Positions 55,406-64,000 of a stretch of DNA of 64,000 nucleotides are shown one piece after another. Source of the stretch: Psammoneis japonica (Eukaryota); assembly GCA_008632985.1 (NCBI GenBank), contig QPGO01000093.1, positions 124,001 to 188,000 on the forward strand, given 5' to 3'. A model generated the notes under the pieces. The model searched no databases. It was not told the origin of the DNA and worked only from the letters and a program-made list of their open reading frames with translations. Positions within the stretch are counted from its first letter, which is position 1. Each line of letters opens with the position of its first letter. Both the position numbers and the translations under genes were made by a program.

Positions 55406-55872
55406 CTTATTCTTAGAAAGGGTTCGCAGTTATGCACTATTAGTCTAACGATAACACACCATTTACCGCACAGCGAACAGCGAACTACCGGTACGCGATG
55501 GCTGTGTCATCTTCTCACTCCCCCGACAAGGAATTGAAAATCTTCTCTCAAATCGAATCCGTTCGCAGATGTGCGATGCGTCGAAGTTGAACACGAAGTT
55601 GAAGTTGATTTTTCTGGAAAGAAACTGTCCAAAGAAATTCTGTCTTACAGTGCGTTCGGTTTTTCCCCGTACAATTTTTAACTTCAAAAGATACGTGCGT
55701 AGAGAGTCTGTCCTGCATCCAACGAACACCCATGCTCCTATGTGACTGATTTGCGATTGACAGACTGCTTCAGTACAAATTCTACAATTCATTCTTTGGA
55801 CAGCTGCTGTCCAGAGTCGTGTCGTCACCTGCCAGCATTCGACCGAGGGGAAGAAGGATTTAGGAACAAGGA

Positions 55873-58800
55873 ATGAACAACTTCCAAAAATGGCAACGGG
55901 AGGGCGTTCATCATCAAATAATAATGCAAGATCGACAATCTGTAGTGTCATCCCCTAGTAAGCCTGAGGCTGTCGCAGCCGCAGCGTTGGACGAAAGATT
56001 GAATATATTTGACAAGGAGGAGGGAGTCGAAACAAGTGCCGAGTTAAGTAGCACAGCATCATGCAGTCACTCCTCCACATTGAGCGCTTCTTTAATACAA
56101 GCTTCTCACGCCGACAGAACAAGCCTCCCTCTGGGCCTAGAGAAGGTTTCCCTTGTGGGGAGGTCCGACGAGATACAACAACTTATCCAGGCTTATAATC
56201 GAATTCGGGAAGAAACCGCCGCGGCAGAAGTTGTTCTGATACGTGGAGAATCTGGCACAGGAAAGAGTGTGCTTGTGGAGCACTTAGAACGAATTGAGAA
56301 GAAGGGCCGAGAGTTTTTCGTTACAGGCAAATTCGCCCAGCTCGGCCAAGCTCGTCCTTATGGAGGATTTATGGATGCCACCACTGATCTGTGTTTTGCT
56401 ATCAAACAGAGTAGCGAGAGTTTGGACCGAATTCGAGGTACGATAAACGAAATGCTATCGTCGGACGAAATCCATCTACTGGTCAGCGTCATGCCTACTA
56501 TTGAATTCGTTGCTCCACTAACAGATACGAGAGATCCACTTCTACCGAATGCTGAAACATTCAATCGATTCATGGAAATCTATCGAAAATTTTTGCAATG
56601 CATATGTCGCCCAGAGCACCCTCTTGTTTTGTTTCTTGATGACCTTCAATGGGTGGATGATGTCTCGCGACAATTGATTGATTCAATTGCCAGAGACTCC
56701 AAGATGCGGAATTTCCTTCTCATCGGAACTGTACGGCAACAGCTCAGTCTTTCTGGCGTGTACGACCTAACTTCAGAGGCTGCGCTGAAGTGTTCTGAAA
56801 TTGCCCTTGGCGTGTTGGACGAGAAGGACGTGAATGTTGTGGTGTCCAGGGCAACGGATCGTCCCTTATCTGAAACTATGGATCTTTCCGCTATTGTATA
56901 TCGCAAGACTGGTGGCAATGCTTACTTCGTCATTCAATACCTCGAGATGCTTCACCGGGATGAGCTGCTTGTTTTCGATTTCATCAAAGGACACTGGCAG
57001 TGGAACGCTGAGCATGTGTCGGCTCGTACGAATGTCTCAGAAAACGTGGTCGAGTTTCTGATACGCAAGATTGAATCTTTGGCTCCAGAAGTACAAGTAG
57101 TACTCATGGTTGCCGCCTGTCTTGGCTTCTCATTTCGAGTGGACGTCGTTGAATGCATTCTTGGGTCGGAAGCTCTTTTGAATTCATCGTCATCCTTCTC
57201 CGAAGAAAAACACCTATCACTTCCATTGCACGTATCCGAGACACAAATTGCACTGTCGATAGCCGTTCAAGCTGGTCTGCTTGACAAGTTAACGGGTAAA
57301 AGGTGCAAATTCTCTCACGATCGTGTCCAACAGTCTGCATACTCCATGCTTCCCGACGGCGAAGAAGGCCAGCGTTTCCAGATTACTCTCGGTAACATTC
57401 TACTGGATCTAAGTCGAAAGAAAAATGCGGAAGACTGGATGCTGTATTCGGCCATTGATATGCTGTCGAATAGCAACAACCGGACATCAGAGGGCTTTCG
57501 AGACATTGGCTTCTCAGAGATCTGTCTTCAAGCCGCACGAAAGGCATCAAAGAAGGCTGCATTCCGATCAGCGGCTAAGTATGCAGATCTAGGAATCAAA
57601 GGATTAAATCCAGCTGATGAACGGGAGGAAAGGTACGACCTTTGGCTGGAACTAGCCAATTTATCGGCTGAGATGCACTTTTCGAGAGGAGACTTCTCGG
57701 AGAGTGAAGTTGTTGTCCAAAACATTCTAGAGGATTCGAAATCTGTTGACGACTGTTTTCGAGCACATATTGTATCCATAAATACTCTCATTTCAACCGA
57801 GGAATGGGGATTGGCGGTCAAATGCGGAATCGGTATCCTCGAAGACCTTGGAGTGCCGACTCCAAAAAATCCAAGCATGTCCAATGTCATTTGGGTTCTG
57901 ATGAAGACAAAATGGACACTGAAAGGCAGGAAGCCAAGTGACCTCGAAACGCTGAAACCCATGGAGAATCCTCGAATGGCACATGCTTTGTTCATTCTCG
58001 GAACCACGGCGTTTTCGTCGTGGATTGTAGGTCACGAGCATAGGTGTACGGTTTTATGCTTGAAGATGTTTCTGTTGACCCTCCAGCATGGTATCTGCAG
58101 AGATAGTCCGTACGCCTTTGCCGCATATGGCATGTGCATGAGTCATCTCGGGGAGTATGCTCTGGCCTATGAATATGGCTCTCTCGCTGTAACGATGCTT
58201 GACCGACCTGGAATGGAGAGTAGCGTAGCTAAGGTGATGGTTGTTGTGCACAACTACTTGTACTACCTCAAGAAGCCCATTCAAGAGTCACTCGCACCGC
58301 TTCTCGTCGGATATAAAGTAGGAATGAAAAGTGGCGATGTGTACAAGCTGCCTACAGTTTGCGAGCACGTGCCTGCATGGGGATTTTTGCCGGTGTACAC
58401 CTCAAGGAACACGAGAGGTAAGAACATCATTAGTCATGCAGAGTGTCGCTTTGCGTCTTGTTCGTTTCTTTACACTGCTCTAATTTATCTGTTGTAAAGG
58501 GAATTGTTGAGCTTCTGTGACTTTTACCGTGAATTTAAGCAATATGGCACGATGAAAATGCAGGCTCCGTGGCTTCAACTGACACAGAACCTTCTGGGTA
58601 AATCAGATAATGCGTTGAAACTGACAGGCATGGCCATGAACGAAGACACGATGCTAGAAGAGTTGATGTCGATCCAATCTGCTAAGATGGACGGGAACCC
58701 AGATCTTGCCTTTCTCTTTTACAATATTCAGTATGCGAAGCGCGCTCTCTTTTGCATCTTTGGAGAATTTGAACTGGCGGATGAGAATCGCACCAAGACT

Positions 58801-59343
58801 GAACGCGTGGTAGGGGGTGAAACAGCGACGATATATTTGAAACTTTATGACTTTGTCTTCTGTTGCTTGGCTTGCCTTGCCATGGCCCGCAAGGGCAAGC
58901 GGGTTCGATACTACATGCGGCAGGCCAAGATGTATCGAAAGGAACTGACTGCACGAGCTGAACAAGGGTCCGTGAACTGCGTTCCTCTATTGGCTCTTTT
59001 CAAAGCAGAAAAGCGCGCCGTGCAGGACAAGTCGGGAAACATTTCTTTATACGAGGATGCGATTGCGATGCTAGGTCGCTGCGGCTTTCGACTATTCAAA
59101 GCGATTGCTTGTGAACGCACCGGCGAGTATTTGTTAGAATGCAACAACAAGGAGGGTGGCGTTGAATATCTCAGGCAGGCTTGGGATGAATTTCGCGATT
59201 ATGGAGCTTACGCGAAACGTAGTCAGATGGTTGAGAAGTACAAAGGAATCACTGATTTCTCAAATCAAACAGATTCCTGCGGATCACGATCTTCTTCACG
59301 CTTAAAAGCGTGCCAACTGAGAAAGTGGCAACAAGACGTGTAA
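55873..59343 (+). CDS. AAA_16/STAND-type ATPase with helical TPR-like C-terminus
   Basis: LVGR..E, Walker A GESGTGKS, GKF, Walker B LFLDDLQW.D, KTGGN.YF and FSHDRVQQSAY. Intron at ~58418-58499. An apparent 2-bp insertion at ~58339 (GATGTGTACAA) shifts the frame just before the intron. Confidence 0.85.
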
Positions 59344-59532
59344 ACCTGTTCCGATTGCTTGCTTTTTCCGTAGCAATCTATGCTCCTCGGCCACTCCGCC
59401 TTGTCTAAGGTACTTTCGGTCAAACGGCGGGTAGACAAGTGGCCGAAAGAAGCTCCTCTTGGTGTTAGCAAGAGTATCCCCAACGAACGAAGAAACGAGC
59501 TGTGCGAAAACAAAGAAGGCAGAAGGGACTTG

Positions 59533-61324
59533 CTAGACCTTAGTTGCTGTGATTTGTACGCTCTTCTTCTTCGTCTTGGACGTCGTAGCCAGTTGGCCAC
59601 AAGCAGATTGTTCGTCGTCGCCCCGTGTCGTTCGGACATGGGCAAAAATGTTATTCGTCCACAAGTGTTGTTGAAAGGCTTTGATGATTCCCATGGAAGG
59701 TTTTTGATAGATATCTTGTCGACCGGCGGGATTATAGGGGATTAGATTCACGATCAATTTACACTTGGGGACAGAATCTATAATGACTTTGGAAAACTCT
59801 GCCAACTCCTGTGCGTGCTGTGTCGAATCATTAACGCCTTCAATCAACGTTACTTCCAACATTGTGGTTCTCTGAAAGGTTGGCTGACGCCTCAAGAGAG
59901 CTGATATCAATCCTTCGCGCAGTTCCTCCATTGTGTGTTTTGTTGTGGGCACCAAGGATTTGCGCAATTTGTTGTTTGCGGCATGAACACTCCATGCCAA
60001 CACACAAGATCCCTCCGACAATTCGGAAAACGATTCTGGTGTTGGTCCTACCGTGGAGACGGTCACCTTGGACGCACTCAATTGAAACAGTTCGCGTGTC
60101 GTGAGAATCTTGGTTGCAGCTACTACGGCATCCACATTGTCCGCTGGTTCACCCTGTCCACATAGCAACGTACCATGATTGAAACACAAGTACTCTTTTA
60201 ATAATAACACAAGAAACCATTGAAGAAACTCACCATGCCCATAAACACAATGTTCGTAACCGGCGGAAGCTTTTCTAATCGACAAATCTTGCGCGCAAAA
60301 AACATCTAACGAGCAATGCAGAAAAAGGAAAGGTCCAACACGGCATTCAGCATCAAGCTACAACAACATGATAAAAATTAAAATCTCGTCTACCAACATA
60401 CCTGCGCCAATATTTCATCACTTGAAAGAGACCTTCCCATGCCCATGCGTCCGGTATTACAAAACGTACAAGCTATCGGGAGTAATTTGCGACAGGTGAG
60501 TTTACGAAAGAATAGACATATATCGAAGAGTCTCTTTCAAGTAGGTTACCTTGTCTGCACCCCACTTGAGAACTACGAGTAAAGCGCGGTGAGATATATT
60601 GTGAGCACTGTGCGAGATGGGGGCGCTCAGATTCAAACCAACTCATAGACACACAATAACCAATAACTCACGAGATGCAAAGAGTACTTCTGGTGTTGTT
60701 CCATGGAATAACGACAGTCTCCACCTCGACTCCATCTTCAAGTCGCAGCAAGAGCTTTGTTGTATCGTCTGCACTACGAGAAATATAACTAAGGGACGCA
60801 ATCCCGCCTTCTACAGCCTGGCCACCATTGACTTGTTTCAATCGTTCCAACGCAGGTCGGCCCATTGTTTGGGTTTTGCGGCATGTTGGTAGTAAGTCTT
60901 GTATTTCTGGGTCTGGCTCTTTTTCAAAGTACAGCTGTGGGTCAATCCCGATAGAATAGCAGTCCCATGCAAGCCTCGCTCGACCATAGCCTCCCAGCTC
61001 TTGAGCTAATTCATCCACCGTCAAGGACAAAGCTCCTCGAATACTAGGTGCAACTTTGTCCGAGAGCGTCGGGCTATCAGTGTCATCGACGACCATGGAG
61101 AACGAGAGTGGATTCAAGTTGCTGGTTCGTTTCACCCCCCACGGGACGACCAGCGACGACACAGAACAAGTCGGCGGTTTCAGCAGTGCCAACAAGACCG
61201 CAAGAAGCAGAACATCTCGAAGTGATGGCACGCCACCATGTCTCGTTTCTACTCTTCTGGGAACCCTACGTCTTCTCGTTAGCACCAGCATGGACAACGA
61301 GGTGGTCAGTGTACTAAACAACAT
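59533..61324 (-). CDS. rlmN: Dual-specificity radical-SAM RNA methyltransferase RlmN-like, probably organelle-targeted
   Basis: Spliced exons give [16 protein letters not shown]...TLCIS / SQVGCRQ / ACTFC.TGRMG (CxxxCxxC) / NIVFMGMG / EPADN...TVSTVG...SVHA...GVNDS...VNLIPYNP...RG....ACGQL. Four short GT-AG introns between ~60155 and 60671. Start codon uncertain. Confidence 0.92.
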
Positions 61325-61569
61325 CCCATGACAATGGAACAAAGCAGCTCTGCACAAAGATAGACATCATCCATCATCCATCAACCGTTGACTGTCGGCG
61401 TGCGAGCTCTAGCTCTATGTAGTACGGTAGTGCGAGACGCCAGCCTTCTTCCCAAACATACGGTACACACTTTACCTGTACAAGCAGATGGACGGACGGC
61501 AACAAGAACCGCACACGCACATAGACTACGTTACATCGCATCGCTCACGTTTCACGCCAACTGTTTCAA

Positions 61570-64000
61570 ATGCGGGGCCTTGAAGACACTGCGTGAATGA
61601 AGAAGAAACAAAGAAACAAAACCAATGCCCTTCACATCACAAAGGTTCTGAAAAAAAATGTCATGTCTTGTTTTTGATGCTTTGTTGTGAGTCACCAGGG
61701 GTGTTCCACAGACTCAAAAGCCAACAACAACAACAGGTGGCAACAACACGCCCAAAAGAAGTGTGCGCACACCCTGTGTTTTCAACAACTGCTGCCAAAG
61801 CTCTGAGGTTGCTCCTCTGTTGAGCTGGCAGGCACCAAGTGGTGGCATTTTCCAATCAAAGGCAGGTGGAAACATCTGCCAGTGCAGCAAAATCTCAGCG
61901 AGACATCATGGCGGCCCATTGGCAGGTGCTGTCACCATTTTGCACTGACACACACGCAGCCAGCTGTGGTGTCAAACCACACACTCCATCAACAAGGCAT
62001 CAGCTCATGACATTGTCACAATTTGCACTTTCACTCTCATGACTGCCTTGGGATTCATGGGTTTGTGGCTCAACGTTAAATGCGGAGATCTCTTGGTGTC
62101 AGTTCGGGGCTGGCGCTGGTGTTGGCTGTGCCACACAGCTGGGGGGCAGCTGCTGGTGGCAACATGGCTGTAGAAAGTGGCCTTTGGTCATGCAGCAGTT
62201 AAGGGCATGGCTTGCAGGCCAAGTTTGCCAGTGCATGGGCAGTCATTTGCACAGCTCAAGCTTCAATCAATTTGTTGGTTTTCTTTTGTGCATTCACTGC
62301 TGCTGGGGGGGGGGGCATTGTCAGAATTGAGCTCTCAGGTGTGTGCGCAGCTGGTGCATGCTGACATGTGTGATGTCTGTTCTGGGATGGATGCAGAAAA
62401 GCAGACCAAGCAAGCAAGAGAATTCAAGAGTGTCTTTGAGAGCATTGTGGCCAAAGGGTGCTGTTGACTTGCACACCCCGATTGAGCCACACCTCTCTCA
62501 TGTGGTTGTTTGGTGCCAATTGAAAGATGAGTTCCAGTGCTTTAGGGGGGAACTTGCTGTGAGGAACTGTGGTGACATTTTGCATTTTTCATGTCTCAGT
62601 GTGCAAAGCTCATGTGCGCATTTGCACAACTTTGGATTCAATGTGTCTGTGGAGCACAAACACGCTTCACAGATTTCCAAAATTTTCAATGTGAACAAGA
62701 GGGACAGCAGTGCCACAAAAGTGGTCTTCTTTTGTTTTGATGTCAATGACAAATGCGCTCATTGCCTGGTGCATGAGCTGCAGAGCTCTCATGCACAGAA
62801 CTCTGTGATGGGGGGACAAATGTGTCCAAAACTTTCCCATCTGGAGCCACATCAAAAGAACATTCTCTGGTTGCATGTTGCCTCCCACCCCCCCCACACT
62901 GGAGCTGAAGGAGTCATTGCTGCACCTGCTGATCCAGGCACAGCTAGAATGTGTGTGCTCACACTGGAAAAACTGCCAGTGTGGCACACACCTGCAATGA
63001 TGGGTGCTTCAACCAACCAGCTGACAAACCCAACACAGAGTGTCACATGACAAGCACACCATCACTTGGGGCACAAGAATGCCTGCTTGAAATCAAGGTG
63101 CTGGGCAAAGTTGTCATGGAGCCACTAAAATGACAAGCACAAAAAACTCACAGCCTGGATCTAAAACTGCCTCCAAAGAAGACAACAAGACAGCTGTTCA
63201 CTTTTTGGCTGCCCATGTTGAGACATTCATTTGAACAGTCAGCAGCTCTCCTCAGACAGCAAAGTTTCTGAGTCTCCTTGCTCTTTTGCTGTTCTTTTGG
63301 TGACAGCATTGTGCAAGAGCCCACCCAGATGGCGTTGTTGTGTGTGATGGGTTCATCCAGAGAGAATCAACTCAAGCACACCAAAGTTGTCTCCCCTTTC
63401 CCACATTGAAAATAGAGAGATGGAAAAGAGGCAAGGTGTGCCATGTTGCATGATGGCACAAACACTTTGAAAATGGAAAACTGGACAACAAGTTGGCACA
63501 AGAGCCTGGAGAGCCTGCGTGTGCTGAGCAGTGTGCATGCCACCACTGCTGTTCTTGTTGACAAGCAAGAAGGCACCCTCATCTGCCCATGAGAGGGCAA
63601 GCAGCAGATTGCAGAAATGGGAACCTGCAGTGCTGAACTTTCACAACACCGCATGCTTCCAACCTCAGCTGCATGCACAGTTGAAATTTGTGCAGTTGAA
63701 TGCAGAGTTGAAGAGGAGCTTGTGGGGAAAGGAAGGGAACAGCAGAGGGGGGCACAGAACAAGCAGCTGCAGCAGCAGGAGAGCAGAAAGGCTGCAATGT
63801 GCAGGGCATTTGGCACAGAAGAAGCAGGGGGGAGATGAGCCAGTGTGTGAAGAGAGGAGGAGGCAAAGTGAAGGGTGCACATGAAAAGATGGCAAACTGG
63901 GTTGTGGCCAAGTGTTTGAACAGCCCACCAAGAAGGAGAGGTGGGGTGGTGTGTGCTGCCAAAGTGCCAATCACTGGAAAGGCAGCTCCAGGTGAAATCA
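61570..64000. other. TpA-depleted degenerate repeat DNA, family not identified
   Basis: Abrupt loss of TA (and most CG) about 250 bp upstream of rlmN; dense overlapping His/Cys-rich pseudo-ORFs. Confidence 0.55.

Overview
Eukaryotic genomic DNA, most likely a pennate diatom. This is inferred from short GT-AG introns, a DUF1800/DUF1501-type gene, a stand-alone AAA_16/STAND ATPase and CoDi-like Copia elements. The window alternates between two sharply bounded kinds of sequence. (1) Normal-composition gene islands at ~22.6-32.2 kb and ~47.6-61.5 kb hold a disrupted DUF1800/DUF1501 gene, a repeat-rich gene ending in a putative Cys-protease plus two Stc1-like zinc ribbons, a GGCT/AIG2-like gene, an AAA ATPase and rlmN. 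(2) Nested transposon remnants at ~0.2-22.6, 32.2-47.6 and 61.6-64 kb include a CRE-like non-LTR element, MULE- and Plavaka-like transposase remnants and two copies of one Copia element. The main finding is that these transposon blocks have lost almost all TpA dinucleotides, apparently converted to TpG/CpA on both strands. Tyr codons have become His or Cys, TAA/TAG stops have largely vanished, and paired LTRs, a TSD and a PBS differ by this kind of change. Genes and two apparently younger non-autonomous DNA transposons are untouched. This looks like a repeat-targeted A:T->G:C hypermutation process, the reverse direction of fungal RIP, and may be an undescribed genome-defence system. Family assignments come from motif recognition by eye; no searches were run.
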